Shown here: positions 38,701 through 48,913 of the stretch, piece by piece
Layout of the letters: each line of letters starts with the position of its first letter
How positions within the stretch are numbered: the first letter of the stretch is position 1
Source: Vicinamibacteria bacterium
GTDB taxonomy: Bacteria > Acidobacteriota > Vicinamibacteria > Marinacidobacterales > Marinacidobacteraceae
DNA: 64,000 bases
NCBI GenBank assembly: GCA_965199715.1
Contig: OZ241322.1
Location: 1,344,001-1,408,000 of the forward strand
Direction: 5' to 3'
Program-made: the position numbers and the translations under genes
Notes under the pieces: generated by a model
The model's database searches: none
The model's input: the letters and a program-made list of their open reading frames with translations, nothing else
What the model was told of the DNA's origin: nothing

Positions 38701-38939
38701 ACCGCTTCGGCCCGCCGCCGCCGGCGGTCGGCCTCCTGTTCCGCCACGTCCGGCTCGGCGTCCGGGCCGAGGCGCTCGGCTACGCCCGCATTTCCCGCGA
38801 CGGCTCGACGCTGACGCTCGAGACCGGCGACCAGGACCGGCGCCGCAACCTCAAGACGCCCTTGCCCGACGGGGCGGACCCGGCGACGGTCCTCGACTCG
38901 CTCGACATGGCGCTCGCCGCCGTGGAGGCGCTGCCGTGA
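35715..38939 (+). CDS. mfd: Transcription-repair coupling factor
   Basis: RGGILDVF, GDLVVHAEHGVG, GDVGFGKTEVA, DEEQRFG, TATPIPRTL, QLRGRVGRS. Confidence 0.97.
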   Translation: MSDGFGPLLDAVRKRRRARAIGRLYGSARTLVAAARATLAGGPTVLVTARDPAAVAADLETLLGALGSKLPVLRLPGTAVNPYGGGEPHAEVLALRAEALFALASGRRALVVASPAGFLTRTVRPERLLEAGARVRIGDETPPAALAERLALAGFRFEDPVSGPGEFARRGGILDVFPANAELPTRIEWFGDKVDELRPFDPGTQRSGGEENRPDSLEIAPGVEWVGLPPQPGRPHPAFSLPGTRGYDASILDYAEGADMLVEEPEQIRDVAATELDRGVQCRLKAPSRLTAGAAAPQALLMDLGSLDRWLREPPPRGPVALRELDSADGDDLPARPAESFAGRLPAFLARLKETPTDFHLFAPGRAAATLEAKVREAGLRVFVHEGRFDEGFEIPSLGLEMLSGAVLVAAPPRTPAKSRSRVFASDFRDLKPGDLVVHAEHGVGKFLRITRVGDSPDAPDMVQLEYAKGARLYLPVDRLDLLDKYRATSEAARPTLDRLGGTAWARRKRRAEKAVHDIADDLIRLYAERRRIEGFAFPRDVPGMEEFEAGFGWTETEDQARTIREVFADMEAENPMDRLVAGDVGFGKTEVALRAAFKAAMSGKQVAILTPTTVLADQHARLFRERFREFPVQVEMLSRFRKPKERKAVVAGLADGTVDVVIGTHRLLSRDVEFRDLGLLVIDEEQRFGVAAKERLKRLAARTDHLALTATPIPRTLNLSLSGIRDMSVIETPPRDRIAVQTHVLPFDPDRVAEAIRYELARDGQVYFVHHRIQSLGAMRETLARLAPEARVLIAHGQMPETGLERAFAAFQRGDAEVLLSTTLIENGLDLPRVNTLIVNRADAFGLAQLYQLRGRVGRSNRRAWAYLLVPEGGELSERARPRLAALREFSELGAGFRIAALDMELRGVGDLLGAAQHGHMEAVGFDMYYRMLDAAVAEARGEAARDRCQLNLRFRLRVPESYLGDPQHRMWLYKRVSAARGAGELDRLEDEVRDRFGPPPPAVGLLFRHVRLGVRAEALGYARISRDGSTLTLETGDQDRRRNLKTPLPDGADPATVLDSLDMALAAVEALP

Positions 38940-39817
38940 GGGCGGCGCTCGCCGCTCTCGCCCTGGCCGCGGGCTGCGCCCCGTCGCCCGGAGCGCAGCG
39001 GCCGATCGTCACGCTCGGCGAGGAGGCGGTCCTCGTCGCCGACTTCGAGAGCTTTCTCGCGTCGAGCGCGGGGTTCGCGCCGTCGCCCTCGCCCGCCGTG
39101 CTGAGCGCGCTTCTGGACGACTTCGTCGAGGAACGGCTCCTCGCCCTCGGGGCCCGCGACGCCGGAATCCGCGTCTCCGCCATGGACGTCGTCGCCGAGA
39201 TGACCGTGCTCGCCGCCGCCCCGACGGCGGACGAGGCGGCCGGGCCGGATTCCGGGAGCCTCGAGGAGGGCGTCCGCCGCCGGCTGCTGGTGCGGCGGTT
39301 CCTCGACGAGGCGGTCCTCGCCGACCTCGAGATCTCGGACGAGGAGGTCGCGCTCGAGCTGGAGGCCGACGAGCCGCTCTACCGGCGGCCCGAGATCCTC
39401 GAGCTCTCGGAGGCCATGTTCCGCACCCGCGCCGAGGCCGACGAGGCGGCCGCCGCGCTCGGCGAGGATCCGGACTCGCCGGGGCCGGAGTTCCGCCGGG
39501 TGGGGGTCTTCCAGGAAGGCGAGCTGCCGGAGACGATCGCGGCCGCGGTGCGGGGCCTCGACGCCGGAGAATTCAGCGGCGCGATCGGCACCGCGACCGG
39601 TTTCGGGGTCTTCCGGGTGGACCGGCGCGAGGACTCCGGCCCGATGGACCCCGACGAGGCGGGAGCCGTGGCCCGGCGAGCGATCCTCGAACGGCGGGCG
39701 AACGAGCGGATCGCCGACGCGCTCCGCGACCTGCGGGCGCGGTATCCGGTCGTCGTCTACGCCGGGCGGCTGCCCTTTCCCTACCTCGGACGCGAGGCCG
39801 CCGAAGACGCGCCCTGA
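38936..39817 (+). CDS. SurA/PpiC-like chaperone lipoprotein
   Basis: LAAGC lipobox, LLDDFVEERLL, GEFSGAIGTATGFGVFRV; usual position after mfd. Confidence 0.75.
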   Translation: MRAALAALALAAGCAPSPGAQRPIVTLGEEAVLVADFESFLASSAGFAPSPSPAVLSALLDDFVEERLLALGARDAGIRVSAMDVVAEMTVLAAAPTADEAAGPDSGSLEEGVRRRLLVRRFLDEAVLADLEISDEEVALELEADEPLYRRPEILELSEAMFRTRAEADEAAAALGEDPDSPGPEFRRVGVFQEGELPETIAAAVRGLDAGEFSGAIGTATGFGVFRVDRREDSGPMDPDEAGAVARRAILERRANERIADALRDLRARYPVVVYAGRLPFPYLGREAAEDAP

Positions 39818-39869
39818 CGGGAGGAACGCCCGTCCGCTGTGGAAGAATTGACGGTCCGCCCACGACTAC

Positions 39870-41225
39870 ATGAGCCTTCACAAGATTCGGCGCGGGTTCG
39901 ACGTGCCGCTGGCCGGGGCGCCGCCTGCAGGACCGGCCTCGCCATGGATTCCCGGGGAAGTCGCCCTCGTCGGCGCCGACTATCCGGGGATGCGCCCGGC
40001 GATGCGCGTCGAGCCGGGCGACCGGGTGAACCGGGGCTCGGTGCTCTTCGAGGACCGCAAGACCCCGGGGGTGCGGTTCACCGCTCCGGTCGGCGGGCGG
40101 GTGAAGGCGGTGCATCGCGGCGAACGGCGGGCGTTCCGGTCGCTCGTGATCGAGCTTTCCTCCGGCGAACGCGGCGGACGCCCCGACTCCGGGCGCCGCT
40201 TCCGGGTCTCGGGAGGTCGGCCCGAGTCGGGCGGCGAGGACGAACTGCGGGAGTCGCTGCTCGATTCGGGCGAGTGGACTTCGATCCGCACCCGCCCGTT
40301 CGGCCGGGTCGCGAATCCGGCGAGCCGCCCGCAGGCGATCTTCGTCACCGCGATGGACACGGCGCCGCTCGCGCCGGATCCGGTCGCGGCCGTCGCCGGC
40401 CGCGAGAACGACCTCCAGTGGGGGGTCGCCGCCCTCGCGCGGCTCACCGACGGCCCGGTCTTCCTCTGCTCGGCGCCGGGAAAGCGGCTTCCGGTTCCCG
40501 AATCGGACCGGGTGCGGCACGAGGAATTCGCCGGCCCCCACCCTGCGGGGACCGCCGGCCTCCACGTCCACCGGCTCGCGCCGGCGGCGCGGGGCCGCGA
40601 GTCGTGGCATCTCGACGCGCAGGATCTGGCGGCGCTCGGGCGCCTGCTGCGCACGGGCGACCTCGATCCGATGCGCGAGATCGCCGTGGGCGGCCCGCCG
40701 GTCCCGCGCCCGCGCCGGCTGCGGGCCCCGCTCGGATCGGGAACCGCGGGGCTTGAAGGCCCGGGCGACGTCCGGGCGATCTCCGGGTCGGTCCTGACGG
40801 GCCGCGCCGCCAGCGGCGACGAGGCGTACCTCGGCCGCTACCACCGGCAGGTCACCTTCCTCGAGGAGGACCGGCGCCGGCGGTTCCTCGGCTGGCTCGC
40901 CCCGGGCGCGGGCGCGCTCTCGGCGAGCCGGGCGTTCCTGTCCGCGCTGCTGCCCCGGAGGCCCCGAAACCTGACCACCGGGACCCACGGTTCGCGCCGC
41001 GCCATCGTCCCGATCGGCGTGTACGAGAAGGTGACTCCCTTCGACATTCCGCCGGTGTTCCTGCTGCGGGCGCTTCTCATGGAGGATCTGGAGCGGGCGG
41101 AGGAACTGGGCGCGCTGGAGCTGATCGAGGAGGACCTCGGGCTTCTCAGCTTCGTCTGCCCGGCCAAGAACGACTACGCCCCGGCGCTGCGCCGGGTGCT
41201 CGACGCCCTCGAGAAGGAAGGCTGA
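39870..41225 (+). CDS. nqrA: Na+-translocating NADH:quinone reductase subunit A
   Basis: IRRGFDVPLAG, RTRPF, GPHPAG, ISGSVLTG, LGRYHRQ, FVCPAKNDY. Confidence 0.95.
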   Translation: MSLHKIRRGFDVPLAGAPPAGPASPWIPGEVALVGADYPGMRPAMRVEPGDRVNRGSVLFEDRKTPGVRFTAPVGGRVKAVHRGERRAFRSLVIELSSGERGGRPDSGRRFRVSGGRPESGGEDELRESLLDSGEWTSIRTRPFGRVANPASRPQAIFVTAMDTAPLAPDPVAAVAGRENDLQWGVAALARLTDGPVFLCSAPGKRLPVPESDRVRHEEFAGPHPAGTAGLHVHRLAPAARGRESWHLDAQDLAALGRLLRTGDLDPMREIAVGGPPVPRPRRLRAPLGSGTAGLEGPGDVRAISGSVLTGRAASGDEAYLGRYHRQVTFLEEDRRRRFLGWLAPGAGALSASRAFLSALLPRRPRNLTTGTHGSRRAIVPIGVYEKVTPFDIPPVFLLRALLMEDLERAEELGALELIEEDLGLLSFVCPAKNDYAPALRRVLDALEKEG

Positions 41226-41230
41226 TCCCG

Positions 41231-42466
41231 GTGCTTCGTCCGCTCCTCGACCGGCTCGGCGCCCCGTTCGGGCCCGGCGGCAGGCTGGAGCGCCTGTGGC
41301 CGATGTGGGACGCCCCGGACACGTTCCTGTTCACGCCGGGCAAGGCGACCGAGGGTCCGGCGCACGCCCGCGACCGCCTGGACATGAAGCGCCTCATGTT
41401 CACGGTGGTGGTCGCGCTCGCCGGAACGGTCGCGATGGCGTTCTACAACACCGGCCACCAGGCGAACCTCGCGATCGCGACGGGCGGCGAGCCGCTGCCG
41501 GGCTGGCGCGCGATGGTCATCGAGAGCCTCGGGGTCGGCTACGCGCCGGAGAGCGTCCTCGCGTGCGTGGTCCACGGCGGACTGTGGTACCTGCCGGTGC
41601 TGCTCGTCACCTTCATGGTGGGCGGGACGTGGGAGATGGTGTTCGCGGTCGTGCGGCGGCACGAGGTCAGCGAGGGCTTCCTCGTGACCGGGATGCTCTT
41701 CCCGCTCATCCTGCCGCCCACGGTCCCGCTGTGGCAGGTCGCGGTCGGGATCACCTTCGGCGTGGTCGTGGGGAAGGAGATCTTCGGCGGTTCCGGCTAC
41801 AACATCCTGAACCCGGCGCTGGCCGCCCGCGCCTTCCTCTTCTTCGCCTATCCGGCCGAGCTCTCCGGCGACCGCGTGTGGATCGCCGCCGACACCGCCC
41901 CGGACGCGGTCAGCGGCGCGACCTGGCTCGCGCGGCTCAGCCTCGAGGGCGAGGAAACGTTCGGCGCCGCGTTCCATCCGGCGGGCGCCGCCGGGATCAC
42001 CCCGTGGGACGCCTTCCTCGGCCTCATGCCCGGCTCGATGGGCGAGACCTCGGTGATCGCGTGCCTGTTCGGCGCGGCGGTGCTGGTCCTGACCGGGATC
42101 GGCTCGTTGCGGATCATGCTCGCGGTCGCCGCCGGGACGGTCCTCATGGGCGGCCTCCTGAACCTCGTCGGTTCGGACACGAACCCCTTCTTCGCGGTGC
42201 CCTTCTGGTGGCACTTCCTGCTGGGGGGCTGGGCCTTCGGGGCGGTCTTCATGGCCACCGAGCCCGTGACCGCGCCGGGCACGAACGGCGCGCGCGTCGC
42301 GTACGGGTTCCTCATCGGCGTGCTCGTGGTGCTCATCCGGGTCGTGAATCCGGCGTACCCCGAGGGGATGATGCTGGCGATCCTGCTGATGAACGTGTTC
42401 GCCCCGCTCATCGACCACTTCGCGCTCCGGGCCGCGGTCCGGCGGCGCGCCGCCGCGCGGGGCTAG
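41231..42466 (+). CDS. nqrB: Na+-NQR subunit B
   Basis: DMKRLM, EGFLVT, KEIFGG, SGAT FMN site, GSMGETS, PEGMMLAIL. Confidence 0.96.
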   Translation: MLRPLLDRLGAPFGPGGRLERLWPMWDAPDTFLFTPGKATEGPAHARDRLDMKRLMFTVVVALAGTVAMAFYNTGHQANLAIATGGEPLPGWRAMVIESLGVGYAPESVLACVVHGGLWYLPVLLVTFMVGGTWEMVFAVVRRHEVSEGFLVTGMLFPLILPPTVPLWQVAVGITFGVVVGKEIFGGSGYNILNPALAARAFLFFAYPAELSGDRVWIAADTAPDAVSGATWLARLSLEGEETFGAAFHPAGAAGITPWDAFLGLMPGSMGETSVIACLFGAAVLVLTGIGSLRIMLAVAAGTVLMGGLLNLVGSDTNPFFAVPFWWHFLLGGWAFGAVFMATEPVTAPGTNGARVAYGFLIGVLVVLIRVVNPAYPEGMMLAILLMNVFAPLIDHFALRAAVRRRAAARG

Positions 42467-42476
42467 AGTCAGGATC

Positions 42477-43247
42477 ATGGACAGCGCGGGCGCGATCTTC
42501 CGGTTGGCGGCGCTCGTGTGCCTCGTCTGCTCGCTGCTCGTCTCGGGCGCGGCGGTCCTCCTGAAGCCGCGCCAGACCGAGAACGCCGAGCGCGACCGGC
42601 AGCGCAACGTGCTCGTCGCGAGCGGCCTCGCGGGCGCCGGCGAGGACATGACCGACGACGAGATGGCCGAGCGGTTCCGCAGCGTGCGCGCCGTGGTCGT
42701 GGACCTCGCCACCGGCGAGACGCTCCCCGACGTGGACCCGGCCGAGGTGGATCCGCTCCTCGAGGCCAGCGACCCGGCGCGCTCCCGCGCCGCCCCCGAG
42801 AACCCGGCCCGCATCCGCCGCATCGAGAACCGCTCGGTCGTCTGGCGGGTCGAGGACGACGGCGAGCTGGAGGTCCTCGTCCTGCCGGTGCGCGGCCAGG
42901 GCCTGTGGTCGGTGCTGCACGGCTTCGTCGCACTCGACCGCGATCTGAACACGGTCCGGGGCATCACCTTCCACGAGCACGCGGAGACCCCCGGGCTCGG
43001 CGGCGAGGTGGACAACCCGGACTGGAAGGCGCTGTGGCCCGGCCGCCGGGCGTTCTCCGAGGCCGGGTTTCCGGTGATCGAGGTCGCCCGGGGCGCCGCC
43101 GGCCCGGTCGCCGAGGATCCGCACCGGGTGGACGGGCTCGCCGGCGCGACGATCACGAGCCGCGGGGTCACGAACCTGCTGCGGTTCTGGCTGGACGAGA
43201 ACGGCTTCGGTCCCTACCTCGAGCGCCTTCGGGCGGAGGCCGGCTGA
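42477..43247 (+). CDS. nqrC: Na+-NQR subunit C
   Basis: [28 protein letters not shown]. Confidence 0.95.
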   Translation: MDSAGAIFRLAALVCLVCSLLVSGAAVLLKPRQTENAERDRQRNVLVASGLAGAGEDMTDDEMAERFRSVRAVVVDLATGETLPDVDPAEVDPLLEASDPARSRAAPENPARIRRIENRSVVWRVEDDGELEVLVLPVRGQGLWSVLHGFVALDRDLNTVRGITFHEHAETPGLGGEVDNPDWKALWPGRRAFSEAGFPVIEVARGAAGPVAEDPHRVDGLAGATITSRGVTNLLRFWLDENGFGPYLERLRAEAG

Positions 43248-43873
43248 TGGCCGAGACCCCGATGAAGCGGGTGTTGCTGGACCCGCTCGTCCACAACAAC
43301 CCGATCGCGCTTCAGGTGCTCGGGATCTGCTCGGCGCTCGCGGTCACGACCGGCATGGAGACGTCGGCGGTGATGAGCGTCGCCGTGATCGGTGTGAACG
43401 CGCTGTCGAACCTGTCGGTCTCGCTGCTGCGCCACCGGATCCCCACGAGCATCCGGATCATCGTGCAGCTCACGATCATCGCCTCGCTGGTCATCATCAC
43501 CGACCAGATCCTCAAGGCGTACGTCTATGAGGTGTCGCGCCAGCTCAGCGTGTTCGTGGGACTCATCATCACGAACTGCATCATCATGGGCCGGGCCGAG
43601 GCGTTCGCGATGCAGAACCCGCCGCTGCGCAGCTTCATCGACGGCCTCGGCAACGGGATCGGCTACGCGACGCTGCTCATGATCACCGGGGCCGCGCGCG
43701 AGGTGTTCGGCTCGGGGACGTTCTGGGGCTATCCGGTCCTGCCGCTCGCGTCGGAGGGCGGCTGGTTCACGCCGAACGGCCTGATGACGCTCTCGCCGGG
43801 CGCGTTCTTCGTCATCGGCTTCCTGATCTGGATCCTGCGGGTCTTCCGGCCCGAACAGGTGGAGAGCGACTGA
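43247..43873 (+). CDS. nqrD: Na+-NQR subunit D
   Basis: [33 protein letters not shown]. Confidence 0.96.
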   Translation: MAETPMKRVLLDPLVHNNPIALQVLGICSALAVTTGMETSAVMSVAVIGVNALSNLSVSLLRHRIPTSIRIIVQLTIIASLVIITDQILKAYVYEVSRQLSVFVGLIITNCIIMGRAEAFAMQNPPLRSFIDGLGNGIGYATLLMITGAAREVFGSGTFWGYPVLPLASEGGWFTPNGLMTLSPGAFFVIGFLIWILRVFRPEQVESD

Positions 43874-44490
43874 TGCTCGAGAACTACCTCAGCATCGTGG
43901 TCAAGGCCGTCTTCGTCGAGAACATGGCCCTCACGTTCTTCCTCGGCATGTGCTCGTTCCTCGCGGTCTCGCGCCGCGTGACCACCGCGATCGGCCTCGG
44001 CGCGGCGGTGATCTTCGTGCTCACCGTGACGGCGCCGCTGAACCACGCGATCAACGACTGGCTGCTGCGGCCCGGCGCGCTCGGGTGGGCTCACGAGGCG
44101 CTCGCCGGGCAGGACCTCTCGTTCCTGCGGTTCCTGACCTTCATCGGGACGATCGCCGCGACGGTCCAGATCGTGGAGATGGTCCTCGACCGGCACTTCC
44201 CCGCGCTCCACGCCGCGCTCGGCGTGTTCCTGCCGCTGATCGCGGTGAACTGCGCGATCCTTGGAGCCTCGCTGCTCATGATCGAGCGGGGGCTGACGCT
44301 GCCCGAGGCGACCTTCTTCGGACTGGGCTCGGGGATCGGCTGGGCGCTCGCCATCGCCGCGCTCGCCGGGATTCGGGAGCGGCTGCGCTACCACCAGATC
44401 CCGGCCGGGCTGCGCGGGCTTGGGATCACCTTCCTGCTCACCGGACTCATGGCCATCGGGTTCATGGCCTTCGGCGGCATCCAGCTCTAG
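43873..44490 (+). CDS. nqrE: Na+-NQR subunit E
   Basis: [39 protein letters not shown]. Confidence 0.96.
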   Translation: MLENYLSIVVKAVFVENMALTFFLGMCSFLAVSRRVTTAIGLGAAVIFVLTVTAPLNHAINDWLLRPGALGWAHEALAGQDLSFLRFLTFIGTIAATVQIVEMVLDRHFPALHAALGVFLPLIAVNCAILGASLLMIERGLTLPEATFFGLGSGIGWALAIAALAGIRERLRYHQIPAGLRGLGITFLLTGLMAIGFMAFGGIQL

Positions 44491-45720
44491 ATGGCGACGA
44501 TCCTCCTCGGCGTCGCCGGGTTCGCCGGGGTCATCCTGGCGCTGGTGTGGGTGCTGATCCTCGCCCGTGAGCGCCTCGTCGCGACGGGCGAGGTGCGCAT
44601 CCGCATCAACGGCGACGAGGCGCGCGACATCCGCACGCCGGCGGGCGGCACGCTCCTCGGCACGCTCGCCGCGAACCAGCTCTTCATCCCCTCGGCGTGC
44701 GGCGGCAAGGGAAGCTGCGGGGTCTGCACCCTGACGGTCACGAGCGGGGGCGGAGCGGTCCTGCCGACCGAGCGCAACCACCTCACCCGGGGCGAGGAGC
44801 GCGGCGGGGTGCGGCTCTCCTGCCAGGTCAAGGTGAAGCAGGACATGGAGGTCGAGATCCCCCCGGAGCTCTTCAGCGTGCGCCGCTGGAAGTGCCGGGT
44901 GATCTCGAACGACAACGTGGCGACGTTCATCAAGGAACTGCGGCTCGCGCTCCCCGAGGGCGAGGAGGTGCCGTTCCGCGCCGGCGGCTACATCCAGATC
45001 GAGTGCCCGCCCTACGAACTCAGCTACCGGGACTTCGAGATCGACGGCGAGTACCGGGACGACTGGGACCGCTTCAACATGTGGCGGTTCGAGTCGTCGG
45101 TGGCGACCGACGAGGAGGTCGTGCGCGCTTATTCGATGGCGAACTACCCCGAGGAGCGGGGCGTCATCTTCCTGAACGTCCGCATCGCCTCGCCGCCGCC
45201 GCGCCAGCCCGACGTCCCGCCCGGCAAGATGACCTCGTGGCTCTTCAGCCTGAAGCCGGGCGACGAGGTGACCATCTCGGGCCCCTTCGGCGAGTTCTTC
45301 GCGAAGGAGACCGAGGCCGAGATGATCTTCATCGGCGGCGGCGCCGGCATGGCCCCGATGCGCTCGCACATCTTCGACCAGTTCCGGCGCCTGCGGACCT
45401 CGCGCAAGGTCTCCTTCTGGTACGGCGCGCGGAGCCTTCGGGAGGCGTTCTACCAGGAGGACTTCAACCGGATCGCGGCCGAGTTCCCGAACTTCGAATG
45501 GAAGCTCGCGCTCTCCGAACCGCTCCCCGAGGACGGCTGGAACGGCTTGACCGGGTTCATCCACCAGGTCCTCCTCGACGAGTACCTGAAGAACCACAAG
45601 AGCCCCGAGGACGCGGAGTACTACCTGTGCGGCCCGCCGATGATGCTGAAGGCATGCCTCCAGATGCTGGACAACCTCGGCGTGGAGCCGCAGAACATCG
45701 CGTTCGACGATTTCGGCTAG
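44491..45720 (+). CDS. nqrF: Na+-NQR subunit F
   Basis: [15 protein letters not shown] 2Fe-2[25 protein letters not shown], terminal DDFG. Confidence 0.97.
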   Translation: MATILLGVAGFAGVILALVWVLILARERLVATGEVRIRINGDEARDIRTPAGGTLLGTLAANQLFIPSACGGKGSCGVCTLTVTSGGGAVLPTERNHLTRGEERGGVRLSCQVKVKQDMEVEIPPELFSVRRWKCRVISNDNVATFIKELRLALPEGEEVPFRAGGYIQIECPPYELSYRDFEIDGEYRDDWDRFNMWRFESSVATDEEVVRAYSMANYPEERGVIFLNVRIASPPPRQPDVPPGKMTSWLFSLKPGDEVTISGPFGEFFAKETEAEMIFIGGGAGMAPMRSHIFDQFRRLRTSRKVSFWYGARSLREAFYQEDFNRIAAEFPNFEWKLALSEPLPEDGWNGLTGFIHQVLLDEYLKNHKSPEDAEYYLCGPPMMLKACLQMLDNLGVEPQNIAFDDFG

Positions 45721-46676
45721 TGCGCCGGCTCGCGCTCGCGCTCGCGCTCGTCGGGTGCGCCCCGGAGCCCGAGATCCGGGAAGCGTCCGGCGAGGCGTTC
45801 GGAACCCGCTGGACGGTGCGGGCGCGGGGACCGGGACCCGATCTTGCGTCGCTGGTTCCGCCGGCGCTCGAGCGGGTGGACGAAGCGATGTCCAACTGGC
45901 GGGACGACTCGGAACTGTCGCGGCTGAACCGGTCGGACCCGGGCCCGCAGCCGGTGTCGCTCGAACTCGCGACCGTGCTCGCCGCGGCGATCCGGATCCA
46001 CGAGGAGTCGGGCGGAGCGTTCGACGTCACCGTCGCGCCGCTGCTCGCGCTGTGGGGATTCGGGCCGGGCGGCCCGCGCGACGCGCCCGCCGGGGCGGAG
46101 ATCGAGGACGCGATGGCCCGGACCGGAAGCGGGCGGCTCGCGCTGCTTGGGACGACGCTCGCCCGCGACCGGCCGGGAGTCGAGATCGACCTCTCGGCCA
46201 TCGCCAAGGGGTACGCCGCGGACCTCGTGCACGAAGCGCTGGTGGCGGGCGGATCCGCGGAACACCTCGTCGAGATCGGCGGCGACCTGCGCATCCTCGG
46301 CGCGTGGCGGATCGGCGTCGAGAACCCGGGCCCGGCGCTGGCGCCGGGCGTGGCGCGGTCGTTCCGGCTTCGGGACGGGGGCGTCGCGACCTCGGGCGGA
46401 TACCGCGACTTCCGGGAGGAGGACGGCGGGTTCCTCACCCACGTCCTCGATCCCCGGATCGGGCGGCCGGTCCCGCGCCGCTCCGGCTCGGTCACCGTGT
46501 TCGCGCCCACGGCGCTCGAGGCGGACGCCTGGGCGACCGCGCTCTTCGCGCTGGGGCCCGTGGACGGCGCGGCGCTCGCCGAGCGGCGGGGACTCGCCGC
46601 GCTGTTCCTGACGGCGGGTCCGGACGGGGAGATCGAGGAGCGGACGACGGCGGCATGGCGCGGTAGCCTTCGCTGA
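45720..46676 (+). CDS. apbE: FAD:protein FMN transferase
   Basis: LVGC lipobox, GAFDVTV, DLSAIAKGY, EIGGD, ATSG.Y, HVLDP, ADAWAT. Confidence 0.93.
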   Translation: MRRLALALALVGCAPEPEIREASGEAFGTRWTVRARGPGPDLASLVPPALERVDEAMSNWRDDSELSRLNRSDPGPQPVSLELATVLAAAIRIHEESGGAFDVTVAPLLALWGFGPGGPRDAPAGAEIEDAMARTGSGRLALLGTTLARDRPGVEIDLSAIAKGYAADLVHEALVAGGSAEHLVEIGGDLRILGAWRIGVENPGPALAPGVARSFRLRDGGVATSGGYRDFREEDGGFLTHVLDPRIGRPVPRRSGSVTVFAPTALEADAWATALFALGPVDGAALAERRGLAALFLTAGPDGEIEERTTAAWRGSLR

Positions 46677-46678
46677 GG

Positions 46679-46858
46679 ATGTTCTCGACTCTCGGCGTCC
46701 TGCTCCTGGGGCTGCTCGTGACCGGCGGGTCGATCTTCCTGCTCGGGGTCGGCTCGCTGCTGCGGCGGCGCTGCACGCTCAGCACCTGCGGGACCGAAGC
46801 CGCCCGCGAGGCGTGCGCCGAGTGTCCGGTGGCGCGCGCCGGGAGCGGCCGGACGTAA
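46679..46858 (+). CDS. nqrM: NqrM-like small membrane protein (59 aa)
   Basis: MFSTLGVLLLGLLVTGGSIFLLGVGSLLRRRCTLSTCGTEAAREACAECPVARAGSGRT*: one TM helix and four Cys, directly after apbE; below the ORF-track cutoff. Confidence 0.7.
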   Translation: MFSTLGVLLLGLLVTGGSIFLLGVGSLLRRRCTLSTCGTEAAREACAECPVARAGSGRT

Positions 46859-46948
46859 CCGAGTCTTGGCGGGGCGTTCGCCGCGGGCCCACCGATCGCC
46901 GTTCCCGCCGCGGCGAGACTGCCGCCTCGCTTCGAGGGATCGCTCATC

Positions 46949-48850
46949 ATGTTCCGTCTTCTGTTCCCGGCGCTCCTGCTGGCGCCGGCGCCGCTCGCCG
47001 CGCAGACGCTCACGAGCATCCAGGGCTTCGTCACCGACGACACCGGGGCGGTCCTGCCCGGCGCGACGCTCGAACTGGCCGACCGGGAGCGCGGCCAGGT
47101 TCGGACCGCGCTCACGAACGGCGACGGGTCCTAAGCGCTGCGGAGCGTTGCGAGCGGCCGCCAAGACCTGACCGCCTCGCTCTCGGGCTTCCAGCCGCAG
47201 CGCCTCGAGGACGTGCCGGTGCTCGTCGGGCAGGCGCTCGACTTCGACTTCCGGCTCGCGCTGGGCTCGGTGGAGGAGACCGTCGTGGTCACCGGCGAGG
47301 CGCCGCTGCTCGAGGTGGGGCGCGGCGGGGCGGCCGGCTACGTCGAGGCCGAGGAGATCACGCAGATTCCGATCTCCGGGCGCGACTTCGTCCAGTTTGC
47401 GCTCCTGAAGCCGACGGTCAAGGTCGAGCCCCAGCGAAGCGGGACCTCGCTGTCGGGGCAGCGCGGGGTCAACTCGGGGCTCACGATCGACGGCGTGGTC
47501 GCGAAAAGCACGTTCTTCGGCTACGGGCGCGGCGGCGAGACCACCGAGAACGGCGGCCTCGTCATCGCGCAGGAGTCGGTGCGCGAGTTCCAGGTGGTCA
47601 CGAGCGGCTACTCCGCCGAGGCCGGGCGGTCCGGCGGCGGCTACATCAACGTCGTCACCAAGGGACGCGACCAACGCGTTCGCCGGCTCCAGCTTCCTGT
47701 TCTTCCGCGACCAGCGCCTCGTGTCCCGGCTTCCGCAGTCGCTCCTCGACGCCTCGCAGGGCGTGGACCCCGGCGACGGGCGCTACGACGTGGACGAGTT
47801 CCGCCGCTAAACTGGGGCGCCTCGGTCGGCGGACCGATCCGCAAGGACCGCGCCCACTTCTTCGTCTCGTGGGACCAGACCGACCGCAGCCAGCCGTTCA
47901 TCCGGGACATCCGGGGGCGGGGCCAGTTCGACGCGGTGAACGCCCGCTATCCGGAGGCGCTCGCCGGATTCGAGCCGAACGCCGACGGGACCGCCTCGGC
48001 GGATCCGGTGGAAGGGCGCACCGCGAGCGGCCAGTTCGTACGCGAGACCGGCAACCTCATCCGGTTCGCCAAGCTCACCCACGCGCTCGGCGACCGGCAC
48101 ACCCTCTCCGCCCGGTACAACTTCACCGACTTCGCCCGGCTTTCCGACTACGTCGGCGAGGAATCGCGGAAGGAGGAGCGGACGCACTCGATGGTCGGGT
48201 CGCTCGTGTCCCGGATCGGCGAGACCGGCGTGAACGAGCTCCGGGTGCAGTACGCGCTCGACTGCCTCGACCGGTGCGCGAACCTCCCGGACTCCGGGCT
48301 GCAGGCCAACTTCCGCATCTTCTCGCCGGCGTTCGCCTCCTTCGGCAAGCCGTGGCGGCTCCCCATCGACGTGGACGAGTCGCAGTTGGCAGACCGCTTC
48401 TCCGTCCTCAGCGGCAACCACGAGCTGCGGATCGGCTTCGGCTTCAACCAGGACTACTTGAGCGAGCACTTCGCGAGCAACGCCGACGGGCGGTACGACT
48501 TCGACTCGGTGGACGACTTCCTGAACGGGCAGGCGGCGCGGGCGCATCTTCTTCGGGGACGTGTCCCACCCGAACTTCGAGGTGACGCAGCGGACGCTCG
48601 GGATCTACGCGCAGGACGCTTGGAGCCCGAACCCGCGCCTGACCCTCAACCTCGGCGTCCGCTGGGACGACGCCTTCCACCCGGACGAGTTCGAGCACGT
48701 GCTGCCGGAAGGGACGAGCATTCCGGGCGACCTCGACAACTTCGGCCCCCGCTTCGGCTTCGTCTGGTCGCTCGACGAGCGCAGCCTGATCCGGAGCGGC
48801 GCCGGCCCGTTCTACGGACGCACGCCGACGGTCCTGCGCGCCCCCCCTGA
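46949..48850 (+). pseudogene. TonB-dependent receptor pseudogene
   Basis: GFVTDDTGAVLPGAT, GRDF, VREFQVVTSGYSAEAG, YAQDAW..LTLNLGVRWD, FGPRFG; in-frame TAA at 47132, frameshifts near 47665, 47810 and 48545, C-terminal barrel missing. Confidence 0.88.
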
Positions 48851-48913
48851 GCCGCAGACCCGCGGCCATTCCACAGCGAGGCGCCCGCCGGACGCTCCGG
48901 GATCCGCTTCGGC

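Noticed and set aside
47132-47134. Programmed stop-codon read-through in the TonB receptor
   Set aside because: TAA is not a Sec/Pyl codon, and the gene has further frameshifts and a truncation.
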